64,000 nucleotides of DNA from Minisyncoccia bacterium (GCA_038207395.1 JBBQZW010000002.1:309-64308); one strand, 5' to 3'. Positions 46,553 to 55,426 are shown, counted from the first letter of the stretch. Numbers and translations are program-made. Notes: a model not told the origin generated them from the sequence alone.

Positions 46553-47865
46553 TGATTCAGGGCGGTTTTGGGGCTCCTACAGCTCCTATGGTGGCAGTAG
46601 CAGTTAAATACTGCCTATACGCCCGTAAGAGCACCGAGAGCGAAGAACAGCAGGTATTGAGCATTGATAGCCAAATCAAGGAAATGCTAGCGATGGCTGA
46701 GCGGGAGAAACTAGAGATTGTGGATATAAAGCGCGAGTCGCATTCCGCAAAGGAGGCTGGTGCGCGTCCCGTGTTCAACGAGATCGTAGAAGAGATACGG
46801 AGCGGCAAATATACCGGAGTCCTCACCTGGGCGCCAGATCGCATCTCGCGCAACGCCGGCGACCTCGGACGCATCGTGGACCTCATGGACCAAGGACTCC
46901 TGATCGATATCCGCACATACGGTCAGCAGTTTACGAACAACCCGAATGAGAAATTTCTCCTCATGATTCTTGGCTCGCAGGCGAAATTGGAGAACGATCA
47001 AAAGCGTATCAATGTGAAGCGCGGGCTGAAAGCGAGAGCGGAGATGGGGCTCTTCCCTTGCACTGCTCCAACCGGGTATATCAATGACAATCGCTCGGAT
47101 CATCGTTGCGAGATTGTCGTCGATACCATCCGCGCTCCTTTGATGAAGCAGATGTTCGAGAAAGTCGGAACTGAACGATGGAGTGGACGCAGAACTTATC
47201 TGTGGCTCAAGAACGATGCCCGCTTCACCGGAAAGAGCGGCAAGCCCTTAAGCCTGAGCAACGTATACAACCTCCTCCGCAATCCTTTCTATTGCGGCGT
47301 GTTCGAGTATCCGCGCGGCTCAGGAAGCTGGTATACCGGCAAGCACCAACCACTCATAGATCAAGAGTTATATCAGGCAGTGCAAGACAAACTTGCCGAA
47401 GAGACGAGAAAGAAGATAGCTCAAAACGATTTCACCTTCACCAAGCTCATGTCCTGCGGATTGTGCGGGAGTGGTATTACGGCGCAGGAGAAATCGAAAG
47501 CCCTCAAGGACGGTTCAACGAACTGGTACATCTACTACTCCTGCACAAAGAGTCGTGACAAAAATTGCAAGAACCCATTTATTCGCGAAGACCACCTCAT
47601 TACACAACTCCTCGCCATCATCGACCAGATATCCATCGACGAGATCGGCGCGCGAAATCTGATTGAGCGCGAGGTGCACCGATACAACACTCTGCGGGCA
47701 GAGGTTGAGGGTATGTCAGAAACAATGAAGGCTAAAGAGATGGACTTCAGGAAGTATGCAAAGTATCTCCTCAAGAACGGGAGCCGGATTGAACAGCGAG
47801 AGCTACTCGAACATCTAAAGGACCGGTTGGTATTACAAGACCGAATAGTTAGTCTCGGTGCTTGA
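46540..47865 (+). CDS. Large serine recombinase (resolvase/invertase catalytic domain, recombinase domain and zinc ribbon)
   Basis: Catalytic region [24 protein letters not shown] (Ser nucleophile context) and Cys cluster CGLCGSGIT...[12 protein letters not shown]. At 441 aa. Confidence 0.85.
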   Translation: METAMIQGGFGAPTAPMVAVAVKYCLYARKSTESEEQQVLSIDSQIKEMLAMAEREKLEIVDIKRESHSAKEAGARPVFNEIVEEIRSGKYTGVLTWAPDRISRNAGDLGRIVDLMDQGLLIDIRTYGQQFTNNPNEKFLLMILGSQAKLENDQKRINVKRGLKARAEMGLFPCTAPTGYINDNRSDHRCEIVVDTIRAPLMKQMFEKVGTERWSGRRTYLWLKNDARFTGKSGKPLSLSNVYNLLRNPFYCGVFEYPRGSGSWYTGKHQPLIDQELYQAVQDKLAEETRKKIAQNDFTFTKLMSCGLCGSGITAQEKSKALKDGSTNWYIYYSCTKSRDKNCKNPFIREDHLITQLLAIIDQISIDEIGARNLIEREVHRYNTLRAEVEGMSETMKAKEMDFRKYAKYLLKNGSRIEQRELLEHLKDRLVLQDRIVSLGA

Positions 47866-48139
47866 GCAATATTTCAGCAGGAGACAAGCCGTCGAGGAGG
47901 CGGTGCGGGAAGCAGTTCCAAGTGTCAGTAACGAGTTCAACAGCGTTACTTAGATTCGCAAGGTCGCCGGCATCAAACATCATGATGACGGACTGCATGT
48001 CATCGGTCTCCTCTTCTTCGTATATGGCAGCAAGCACGTCGGGAAGCGTGAAGTCGCTCCCTGTTTCTTTAAGGAGATCGATAATGTCTGCCTCTAATTC
48101 CTCACGGAATTCGAGCAACTCTTCCATGCTTTCGGGCAT
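47849..48139 (-). CDS. Small acidic hypothetical protein
   Basis: 96 aa Glu/Asp-rich ORF convergent with the recombinase gene. Confidence 0.35.
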   Translation of the reverse strand: MPESMEELLEFREELEADIIDLLKETGSDFTLPDVLAAIYEEEETDDMQSVIMMFDAGDLANLSNAVELVTDTWNCFPHRLLDGLSPAEILLKHRD

Positions 48140-48178
48140 GGAGAAATGATATGCGAAGGAAGTTTAGAGAGCAATCAC

Positions 48179-48195
48179 CCCACACGGTATCGCAC
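48179..48195 (+). repeat. Direct repeat CCACACGGTATCGCACT (copy C), 45 nt from tRNA-Arg
   Basis: Identical to 43259-43275. Confidence 0.5.
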
Positions 48196-48239
48196 TTTTT
48201 ATGAGGCCTCACGGTCGTTATTAAGGCCGCTGACTGCTG

Positions 48240-48311
48240 TGCCCTCACCTGGAATCGAACCAAGATCAAGAGCTTAGAAGTCTCCTGCTCTATCCATTGA
48301 GCTATGAGGGC
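48240..48311 (-). tRNA. tRNA-Arg (anticodon TCT), no encoded CCA
   Basis: Hand-folded: acceptor GCCCTCA/TGAGGGC, D-loop AATGGATA, anticodon loop CTTCTAA, T-loop TTCGATT. There is one A31-G39 mismatch in the anticodon stem. Confidence 0.7.
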
Positions 48312-48341
48312 AGTTAAGGCGAACGAGTACAGCGTAGCGCG

Positions 48342-48635
48342 TTACAGCGAAGGGTCAACAAAGCGATACTCGCTTGTGTATCTTGCGCGCTCCGCTGCAC
48401 GCTGTTCGAAGAGTGCCTTAACAGTATCCAACTGAATTTGAGGGGCGGGTGCTGGAGGAGGTCCGCCGATTGTTTGTCCCTTTGTTATTTGCTCGAAAAG
48501 CCATAAATTCCAGGCAATACTTACACCGAGCGCAACACTAAACAGTACAAGAAGTACGTACCAGTCCCGCGCAGGACGTAGTCGTGCGCCATATTTGAAA
48601 AAGTTTAGTAGTGAACGTATGCGGAAAGACTTCAT
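48342..48635 (-). CDS. Small membrane protein, possibly a pilus-assembly accessory
   Basis: 97 aa with one TM helix (WYVLLVLFSVALGVSIAW), last gene of the pilM-N-O string. Confidence 0.35.
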   Translation of the reverse strand: MKSFRIRSLLNFFKYGARLRPARDWYVLLVLFSVALGVSIAWNLWLFEQITKGQTIGGPPPAPAPQIQLDTVKALFEQRAAERARYTSEYRFVDPSL

Positions 48636-49180
48636 GGTTTTGTGGTGGTTGCTGTTGCATCAAGCGTACCAATGCGCACATTTGCGGAAGCGGTCCATAC
48701 GGGCGCAGCCTTTGGCTGCGCCCCCGTCGTATCAAGCGTCACACTCGTAATAACCGTATCATGCGCCTCGTACTCTATCGCGCCTAGCATTCGCTCTACT
48801 CCATCAAAAGGTCCTGTAATACGCAGTGCAAGTACGAGAACCGCATGAGGTTTTGCAGGTTCCGCAGAAACGGAAACAACATCTACTTTTGTTCCATATA
48901 TAGCGCCTGATGATTGGAGTGATTCCAGAAATGAGACTACCTCACGCGTATCGACAAAATATTCTTTTATCGAAACCTCGTCCGCAAGTGCATGCTCAAG
49001 TTCTGTTTTTGATTGTTTTGTTCGAATCGTACTTACATATTTTGCCTGTATTTCCGAGCCAAGTGATACCGCTTGTGCAGACTTTTTTCCAACATGCGTG
49101 TACCACGCACCGTACGCCGAAGCTACGATGACGAGTACTATAATCGATACAAACACGTGGGAATAATATTTTAATTTCAT
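48632..49180 (-). CDS. pilO: Type IV pilus assembly protein PilO-like
   Basis: N-terminal TM helix and position after pilM-pilN. Similarity is weak, so the call rests on context. Confidence 0.45.
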   Translation of the reverse strand: MKLKYYSHVFVSIIVLVIVASAYGAWYTHVGKKSAQAVSLGSEIQAKYVSTIRTKQSKTELEHALADEVSIKEYFVDTREVVSFLESLQSSGAIYGTKVDVVSVSAEPAKPHAVLVLALRITGPFDGVERMLGAIEYEAHDTVITSVTLDTTGAQPKAAPVWTASANVRIGTLDATATTTKP

Positions 49181-49743
49181 GGTACGAGTGATCCGGTGAG
49201 CGTTATCGTGAACGGAATTGCGCTATCTTTCGCGTACGCGCTGATAGGAAGATCTGCATTGGTAACATACGGAAGCTGTCCAAGTGCTTGTACATACCCA
49301 CGAAGCTGATCACGGGTTGATGCAGTTCCTGTTACGGCAATCTGAGCGAGATTAGTGCTCGCACTTGGTGCACTGTACGTAAAGCCTGAGATACGAATGC
49401 CCGGATGAGGAACTTGAAGTATGGCGCGAATGGCCCCTGAGGCCGTTGGAAGCGTACCGAGACGACCCAAATATTCAATATCATCTTTTACTGAAGCGAT
49501 ATGAGATTGGATTGAGTGTTCCTGATCCGTACTGTTTGAAGAAGAGATCCGATCAAGTTCTGCTTGTTCACGGCGAATCTCAGCACTTGCGTACAAATAA
49601 GAAGGTATAAGAAGTACACCATGGGCAATCAGTACAATACTGATGAGCGCAATAGTAACGTTAGTGAGTCGTATGAAATATCCTCGTCGCATAACGCGTA
49701 CTCCGGACCGTGGAAGAAGATTGGTGAGTTCAGGGTATTTCAT
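49177..49743 (-). CDS. pilN: Type IV pilus assembly protein PilN-like
   Basis: Single N-terminal TM (FIRLTNVTIALISIVLIAHGVLLI) and a coiled-coil segment, directly downstream of pilM. Confidence 0.5.
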   Translation of the reverse strand: MKYPELTNLLPRSGVRVMRRGYFIRLTNVTIALISIVLIAHGVLLIPSYLYASAEIRREQAELDRISSSNSTDQEHSIQSHIASVKDDIEYLGRLGTLPTASGAIRAILQVPHPGIRISGFTYSAPSASTNLAQIAVTGTASTRDQLRGYVQALGQLPYVTNADLPISAYAKDSAIPFTITLTGSLVP

Positions 49744-49745
49744 AC

Positions 49746-50849
49746 TTACGGTACGTATTCACGAAGAGACAGTCCTATGGCAGTGCCATAGGCCAATGAT
49801 TCCGTGTAATCCAAAGGAGGGAGCCATTCCCCTCGCGGTGCGAAGTTACGAAATACATCACCGAGTTCGACAGGAATTTTAAGCGCAGCACCCAAATATT
49901 CAGGCAGTCCACGAAGTGTTGCATTACCTCCCACTAAGACAGCGCGCGTTACGGGTGAATGCACTGCAAGTGTGCCTGCACGCGTTTGCCAGTAATCGAG
50001 ACGTCGCACGATTTCATCACGAATCACGGAAACCGTTGAGAGCATGGCCGTGAGATACTCTTCGCCTCCCTCCCCTACCACCAAACCTTTCTCTGCTTTT
50101 ACCCGCTTTGCTTCTTCTTCTGTTACCCCAAAGTGTTTTTGTACAGCAAGCGTAAGTGCGTGCCCTCCCACATCAAGAGTCGTGGTGAAACGTGGAATGC
50201 GTGAAGAAACAATAAGCAGTTTTGTGGTGGTCTTACCAATATCAATAATGAGAACCGTATCCATATCACCGTGAGGCAAAAGCGCGCGAGGAAGCGCAAA
50301 TACTTCGCTTTCGATAGCGCGTACTGTAATTCCTGCGTCTGCAAAATTCTCAAGTGTCGTATCTATAACGCGGCGTGCGTAACCAATACCGACGACATGC
50401 ATGCCATTACCCTGTTCTTTGAGGGGGACTATGTCATACGCAACCTCCTGCGCAGGGAGTGGTACGTACTCATCAAGGTGCTCTTCTACGGCAATACGCC
50501 ATTCCTGCGGTGTTCGCCCTGGCACAGTAGCTTCAAATAAATACCCGCGTGATTCAGGCAGTGTGATGTTCGCGTATTGCACCCGATGCTCTTTTGCAAT
50601 CGATTTAAGCGTCTTCACAATACCTGCTCGGTCAGCAACTTCACTGTTTTGAACAATACCTGGCGCGAGCCGCTCTTCGGCATAGCTAGAGAGTTCAAGA
50701 CCTGAGAGAGTTTCTTTAAGAGTCACGACTTTGATACCGCTTGCAGATACATCGATGCCTGCCGTCGGAAGCGAGAGATATTCAGGGGGCGCAAATTCTA
50801 GCTTTGCAATGCGGGAGAAAGTACCAAACATGCGAAAAGTATAACGCAC
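49746..50849 (-). CDS. pilM: Type IV pilus assembly protein PilM (actin-like ATPase fold)
   Basis: AGIDVSASGIKVVTLKE..., IIDIGKTTTKLLIV and DVGGHALTLA match the PilM/FtsA-like pattern. Confidence 0.75.
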   Translation of the reverse strand: MRYTFRMFGTFSRIAKLEFAPPEYLSLPTAGIDVSASGIKVVTLKETLSGLELSSYAEERLAPGIVQNSEVADRAGIVKTLKSIAKEHRVQYANITLPESRGYLFEATVPGRTPQEWRIAVEEHLDEYVPLPAQEVAYDIVPLKEQGNGMHVVGIGYARRVIDTTLENFADAGITVRAIESEVFALPRALLPHGDMDTVLIIDIGKTTTKLLIVSSRIPRFTTTLDVGGHALTLAVQKHFGVTEEEAKRVKAEKGLVVGEGGEEYLTAMLSTVSVIRDEIVRRLDYWQTRAGTLAVHSPVTRAVLVGGNATLRGLPEYLGAALKIPVELGDVFRNFAPRGEWLPPLDYTESLAYGTAIGLSLREYVP

Positions 50850-50867
50850 TGCATCCAGATGAAGATA

Positions 50868-51635
50868 TTAATGTGCACCGGTTCCAGGCGGCACGATGCG
50901 GTCTGGAGTCACAAAGGCGAAGGTGTCACCTTCGCCCACGGCAAATAACATGCCGTTGCTTTCAAGTCCTTTAATCTTTCGAGGCGCTAGGTTTGTTACA
51001 AAGCACAGCTGACGTCCCACAAGCGCTTCAGGCTCTGTGTATGCGGCGATACCTGACACAATCTGCCGAGGTGAGGTTTCCCCAAGATCAACCATGAGTC
51101 GAAGTAGCTTGTCAGTTTCAGGAACACGTTCTGCAGAAAGTACCGTTCCTACCTTTACATCCACTTTTGCAAAATCGTCTATCGTAATATGCGTAGGAGT
51201 AGGAGGCTCTTCGAGCGGAGGGGCGAGGACTATCGCAGGCATGGAAATGCGTTCAAGGTAGCTGGTTAAGATAAGCGCTGCGGCGGATGCATCAACGTCA
51301 GGAGATCCTTCCATTCGTGAACCATCAGGAAAACGTCGTGCAGCCTGAGTGGTAAACATCTCTGACTCAAAATGTATCTCAATACCCGTGCGTGCGTGCA
51401 AGTCCTCAGCAAAGGTCCTTGCTTCCACCGCAACAGCATTCTCTCCACCTGCAAAGTTTGTTGATTCACCAAACACTGCAGCTTTCACTCCTTTTTCTGT
51501 AATCAAGAGCGCTAGTTCGTCGAGGAGACGAGAGTCCGTAGGCTTTACGCCGTACGGGAAACCCATCTTCCCTGCATCGTCAGAAAATGCGATACCCGTT
51601 TTTTTCGTGCCGTAATCAATTCCCAAATATTTCAT
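50868..51635 (-). CDS. ruvX: Fusion: YqgF/RuvX (putative pre-16S rRNA nuclease / Holliday junction resolvase-like) plus a C-terminal Trbp111/EMAP-type tRNA-binding OB domain
   Basis: N-terminus MKYLGIDYGTKKTGIAFSD...VDASAAALILTSYLE is RuvX. C-terminus DFAKVDVKVGTVLSAERVPETDKLLRLMVDLGE...RQIVSGIAAY...GRQLCFVTNLAPRKIKGLESNGMLFA is a Myf/tRNA-binding domain. Confidence 0.75.
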   Translation of the reverse strand: MKYLGIDYGTKKTGIAFSDDAGKMGFPYGVKPTDSRLLDELALLITEKGVKAAVFGESTNFAGGENAVAVEARTFAEDLHARTGIEIHFESEMFTTQAARRFPDGSRMEGSPDVDASAAALILTSYLERISMPAIVLAPPLEEPPTPTHITIDDFAKVDVKVGTVLSAERVPETDKLLRLMVDLGETSPRQIVSGIAAYTEPEALVGRQLCFVTNLAPRKIKGLESNGMLFAVGEGDTFAFVTPDRIVPPGTGAH

Positions 51636-51714
51636 ATCGTAATACTACCGCATTTCTCTTTTACACTCTCATACCTCCCCGAAGATACTTCCCCTGAATG
51701 CTTATGGTATCGTT

Positions 51715-52032
51715 GTGGTCATGGATACTTTTATGTCATTAGCGCACCCGCTCATGGGAGCTTTGGGCCTTGGGAATATCACCATGCTCTTTATTGTGCT
51801 CGCCGTATGGAGCCTCATTTGGAAAGGCGTGGCACTTTGGTTTGCTGCACGTAATTACCAAAAGAACTGGTTCATTGCGATTCTTATCCTTAACACGTTT
51901 GGAATACTGGATATAATCTATCTCATTGGATTCCGCCGTGACAAGCAGGAAGGGGTAACCAAATCTCTTTTCAACAATCCACTTCCAAGTATTGAAGAGG
52001 CTGCGGAAGCCCATTCAAACCCAGCACCGTAG
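51715..52032 (+). CDS. Small membrane protein
   Basis: 105 aa with two TM helices. Confidence 0.35.
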   Translation: MVMDTFMSLAHPLMGALGLGNITMLFIVLAVWSLIWKGVALWFAARNYQKNWFIAILILNTFGILDIIYLIGFRRDKQEGVTKSLFNNPLPSIEEAAEAHSNPAP

Positions 52033-52089
52033 GGGTGGTTTGGTTCCCCCTGGAAAAAAGCTGGATTGGTAGTACACTAGGCGACTGAG

Positions 52090-52174
52090 GGAGGAGTGGC
52101 AGAGTGGTCGATCGCACCGCACTTGAAATGCGGCGTGCCGAAAGGTACCGTGAGTTCGAATCTCACCTCCTCCG
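52090..52174 (+). tRNA. tRNA-Ser (anticodon TGA), type II, no encoded CCA
   Basis: Hand-folded: acceptor GGAGGAG/CTCCTCC, anticodon loop CTTGAAA, long variable arm CGTGCCGAAAGGTACCG, T-loop TTCGAAT. Confidence 0.8.
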
Positions 52175-52182
52175 CTAATCAT

Positions 52183-52225
52183 AAAGAATACGCCTGACGA
52201 ATACTCGTCAGGCGTATTCTTTATT
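52183..52225 (+). terminator. Intrinsic terminator (AAAGAATACGCCTGACG aatact CGTCAGGCGTATTCTTT)
   Basis: 17 bp perfect stem with a T-rich tail, after tRNA-Ser. Confidence 0.7.
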
Positions 52226-52272
52226 CAGTGCGGTAAGAAATAAGTCCTCATACGCGATGCTATTATTACGCC

Positions 52273-52746
52273 ATGCCTCGTGATCCTTTATTTGTATGGG
52301 AAGGAAAAGAATATGCCTTTGAAGAGCATGGTGCTGATTGGTACTGGGCGCTCGGAATTATTACTATCGCCGCAGTACTAACCGCAATTCTTTTCAGTAA
52401 CATCTTACTTGCACTCGTTATCGTAGCAGGAGCGTTAACTATTGGTCTTCAAGCGGCAAAGCACAAAAAGACGCATCGGTTTAGCGTGTATGACACTGGC
52501 GTAGCTATTGATGACAACATGTATTTCTACGCAGATATGCGTGACTTCGCAATACTCGAATATATTGACCCCACCCTTCCCCCAGCACTTTCAATAAAGA
52601 CGAATCACATTCTTGCACCGCATCTTCTTATTCCCATCCATGACTATGAACCAGAAGACGTGTATGAATACATTTCAAATCATTTGCCTGAGGGTATGCA
52701 TGAAGAAAATCCTCTAGATCGAGTGACCTCGTTTCTTCGTCTGTAA
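52273..52746 (+). CDS. Hypothetical membrane protein
   Basis: 157 aa with two central TM helices (ALGIITIAAVLTAILFSNILLALVIVAGALTIGL). Confidence 0.4.
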   Translation: MPRDPLFVWEGKEYAFEEHGADWYWALGIITIAAVLTAILFSNILLALVIVAGALTIGLQAAKHKKTHRFSVYDTGVAIDDNMYFYADMRDFAILEYIDPTLPPALSIKTNHILAPHLLIPIHDYEPEDVYEYISNHLPEGMHEENPLDRVTSFLRL

Positions 52747-52786
52747 TCTTGCGTTTGAGCCTTAAGAACGGTACAGTCATTTCCAC

Positions 52787-52861
52787 GCTCCCGTCGTTCA
52801 ATGGATAGGACATATCCTTGCGGTGGATACAATGTAGGTTCGATTCCTGCCGGGAGCACCA
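52787..52861 (+). tRNA. tRNA-Arg with anticodon GCG (unusual) and encoded CCA
   Basis: Hand-folded: acceptor GCTCCCG/CGGGAGC, D-loop AATGGATA (the same as tRNA-Arg-TCT), anticodon stem TATCC/GGATA, loop TTGCGGT, T-loop TTCGATT. Confidence 0.65.
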
Positions 52862-52930
52862 ATTGTTTGATAGTGCTATACACGTGCGGTACAGTGCCAG
52901 TGGTACTGTTCACTGAGAAAAGGATTCAGC

Positions 52931-53209
52931 ATGGTTATTGTTCTTACCGAAGAGCAAGCGACTGAACTCGTAGAAGAAAACTACCTTCGATGCGTCGTGG
53001 GGGATATTGTTGAGCTTATCTCACTGATTCATGCGTTAGGATCTAAAGAGTGCAGGCTTGCTATCGTCACCAACAAAAAAATTGAGAACGGAATACTTGA
53101 GGTACTTCCCCTCACTCATTCCACCATCATAAATATTCTTACAGGAGAACCATTGCAACAACCAATTACTATCGGAAAAGAAATGATTGCGAATCTGCAT
53201 TCGACATAA
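52931..53209 (+). CDS. Hypothetical small protein
   Basis: 92 aa ORF followed by a strong terminator. There are no recognisable motifs. Confidence 0.3.
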   Translation: MVIVLTEEQATELVEENYLRCVVGDIVELISLIHALGSKECRLAIVTNKKIENGILEVLPLTHSTIINILTGEPLQQPITIGKEMIANLHST

Positions 53210-53213
53210 CAGA

Positions 53214-53244
53214 AAAAGACCCCGTCTTGCGACGGGGTCTTTTA
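53214..53244. terminator. Bidirectional intrinsic terminator (aaaaa-GACCCCGTC ttgc GACGGGGTC-tttt)
   Basis: 9 bp GC stem with A and T flanks, between the 92 aa ORF (+) and rpsT (-). Confidence 0.75.
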
Positions 53245-53258
53245 ACGAACCGTACTCT

Positions 53259-53528
53259 TTACGCTTTTACTGTTCCGCGTTTTACTGCAGCGGCGAGACG
53301 AGATTTCTTGCGAGACGCAGTGTTCTTCTTGATAATGCCGGTCTTTGCAGCCTTGTCTATTGCCTTGTATGCCTTTGAAAGTGACTCACGTGCCTCCTTT
53401 ACGTCGGTCACGATAAGTTTCTTCACTGACTTTGTGGCGTCTGCAAGAACACGCTTACGACGCACATTAAATACGTGCTTTTTAAGGGATGCGCGGTGCG
53501 CTTTTTTTGCTGAGCTAGTGATTGCCAT
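53259..53528 (-). CDS. rpsT: 30S ribosomal protein S20
   Basis: MAITSSAKKAHRASLKKHVFNVRRKRVLADATKSVKK... is canonical S20. The 156 aa ORF is trimmed to this Met. Confidence 0.85.
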   Translation of the reverse strand: MAITSSAKKAHRASLKKHVFNVRRKRVLADATKSVKKLIVTDVKEARESLSKAYKAIDKAAKTGIIKKNTASRKKSRLAAAVKRGTVKA

Positions 53529-53595
53529 GTGAACGCATACTACGACAGAGAGCGAGTTCCTGCAAGGCCAGCGCCCACCTGGTACTATACAAACA

Positions 53596-54147
53596 ATGGT
53601 ACGGCAGATACGCGGAGAGGTGTTGGCAGTAGAATTGAACGGCTGCGTCGTGGACGTTTCAGGTTGGGGGGTCTTTGTGTACCTTGCCCACCCTTCATCT
53701 GTTTCTCTTGGAGAAGTGGTTACTCTCATAACTCACATGGCGGTAAAGCAGGATGGGATTGAGTTATATGGCTTTTTAACGCCTCGTGACCGAACCTTCT
53801 TCGAGCAACTCTTAACCGTTTCTGGAGTGGGGCCAAAGACGGCGCTTTCCATAACAACAAAAGCTCCTCGAGAATCCCTTGAGAATGCGATTGCGACGCG
53901 AGACATTTCATACCTAACTCGTGTTGCAGGACTCGGTAAGAAAGCGGCGGAGAAGCTCGCTGTTGAACTTTCAGAAAAAATCATTCCATCCGGAGAAAGC
54001 ACCCAAGGCACCACCGACTCAGAAGTTATCGACACACTCATTGCGCTCGGGTACACCGAACGTGAAGCACGCGCTGCGCTAGCTCGCGTTCCTCTAAGTG
54101 TAGCTGGTCGCGATGCTCGCCTTAAGGCAGCACTCTCTAATGGATAA
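53596..54147 (+). CDS. ruvA: Holliday junction ATP-dependent DNA helicase RuvA
   Basis: MVRQIRGEVLAVELNGCVVDVSGWGVFVYL and helix-hairpin-helix motifs LLTVSGVGPKTALSI. Confidence 0.85.
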   Translation: MVRQIRGEVLAVELNGCVVDVSGWGVFVYLAHPSSVSLGEVVTLITHMAVKQDGIELYGFLTPRDRTFFEQLLTVSGVGPKTALSITTKAPRESLENAIATRDISYLTRVAGLGKKAAEKLAVELSEKIIPSGESTQGTTDSEVIDTLIALGYTEREARAALARVPLSVAGRDARLKAALSNG

Positions 54148-55426
54148 CGGTATGTACACCCTGATCAATTTTTTCGTACGCATACTAAAGAAGATTCTTC
54201 CGCGTGCGCTCATTCGCCCGCTTCTTCCCCTGTATCACCGAGTTCTTTCATTTCTACTTGCCCTATCCTACGGCTTCCCTGCCCGTTCCATGATTGTGAT
54301 TGGTGTCACTGGAACGAAAGGAAAATCATCGGTTTCTGACATGTTGTTCACCGTGCTTCGCTATGCAGAGTATCCAGCTGCAGTTGCCGGTACCATTCGT
54401 TTTGCGATTAATGAAGAGTCTGAACCTAATCTATATAAGATGACAATGCCGGGGCGCGGTTTCATCCATGCATTTTTAGCAAAAGCAAAAAAAGCAGGCG
54501 CGAAATATGCGGTGGTCGAAGTCACGAGCGAGAGTGTTCTGCAGTCTCGTCATAAGCATCTATTTCTCAACGGCCTAATATTCACCAATCTTCATAAGGA
54601 ACATATTGAGTCTCATGGCTCTTTTGAAAACTATGCTGCGGCAAAGTTACAAATTGGAAAAGAGCTCGAGCGTTCACCAAAGCGACCGCGCGTTATGATT
54701 GCAAACGCCGATAACCCGCACAGTGCTCCCTATATGAAGCTCGGGGTAGAGCATCAGATGCCTTTTTCATATGCAGAGGCCGAGGACGTAGTCCTCGGCC
54801 CGGGCAAAGCATCCTTTACGTACCAAGGCACTAATTTTTCAATACAGCTCCCGGGAAGTTTCAGTGTTATGAACTCGCTCGCCGTCATCAAAGCTGCGCA
54901 GTTTCTTGAAGTTCCTCTCCAAACTATTTCTGATGCTCTCGCTTCTCTTTCCCGCATTCCTGGACGAACAGAGCGTATAGATGAAGGACAAGTCTTTGAA
55001 GCAATTGTTGACTACGCACACACGCCTGATTCCCTGACCGCACTCTATGCTGCGTACCCGGTACGAAAAATCTGCGTGCTTGGAAACACAGGTGGGGGGC
55101 GCGATACCTGGAAACGTCCTGAGATGGGACGTATCGCAGACGAATCATGCGCTGAAGTTATTCTCACCAACGAGGATCCGTATGATGAAAATCCCGAGGC
55201 TATCGTAAACGCTATGGCCGCAGGCATGAAGCGAACTCCACGCATTATTATGGATCGTCGTGAGGCCATTCGCACTGCACTTTCACTCGCCCAACCCGGA
55301 GATGCCGTACTGATTACCGGCAAAGGAACGGACCCCTACATAATGCAGACTAATGGCACGAAGCTTCCGTGGAGTGACGCAAGGGTTGTGTCTGAAGAAC
55401 TTACAATACTTCGTTCTACCCTCTAA
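54113..55426 (+). CDS. Mur ligase family protein (MurE-like UDP-N-acetylmuramoyl-tripeptide synthetase)
   Basis: P-loop VIGVTGTKGKSS and C-terminal DYAHTPDSL (D-Y-A-H-x-P Mur ligase motif). The start is probably an internal Met (54140/54152), because the ORF overlaps the ruvA 3' end. Confidence 0.65.
   Translation: MLALRQHSLMDNGMYTLINFFVRILKKILPRALIRPLLPLYHRVLSFLLALSYGFPARSMIVIGVTGTKGKSSVSDMLFTVLRYAEYPAAVAGTIRFAINEESEPNLYKMTMPGRGFIHAFLAKAKKAGAKYAVVEVTSESVLQSRHKHLFLNGLIFTNLHKEHIESHGSFENYAAAKLQIGKELERSPKRPRVMIANADNPHSAPYMKLGVEHQMPFSYAEAEDVVLGPGKASFTYQGTNFSIQLPGSFSVMNSLAVIKAAQFLEVPLQTISDALASLSRIPGRTERIDEGQVFEAIVDYAHTPDSLTALYAAYPVRKICVLGNTGGGRDTWKRPEMGRIADESCAEVILTNEDPYDENPEAIVNAMAAGMKRTPRIIMDRREAIRTALSLAQPGDAVLITGKGTDPYIMQTNGTKLPWSDARVVSEELTILRSTL

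Noticed and set aside
53529-53729. 156 aa ORF extending rpsT upstream.
   Set aside because: The S20 homology starts exactly at the internal Met (MAITSSAKKAHRASLKK). The upstream 67 aa are Cys/Pro/Thr-rich junk that overlaps the ruvA promoter region.
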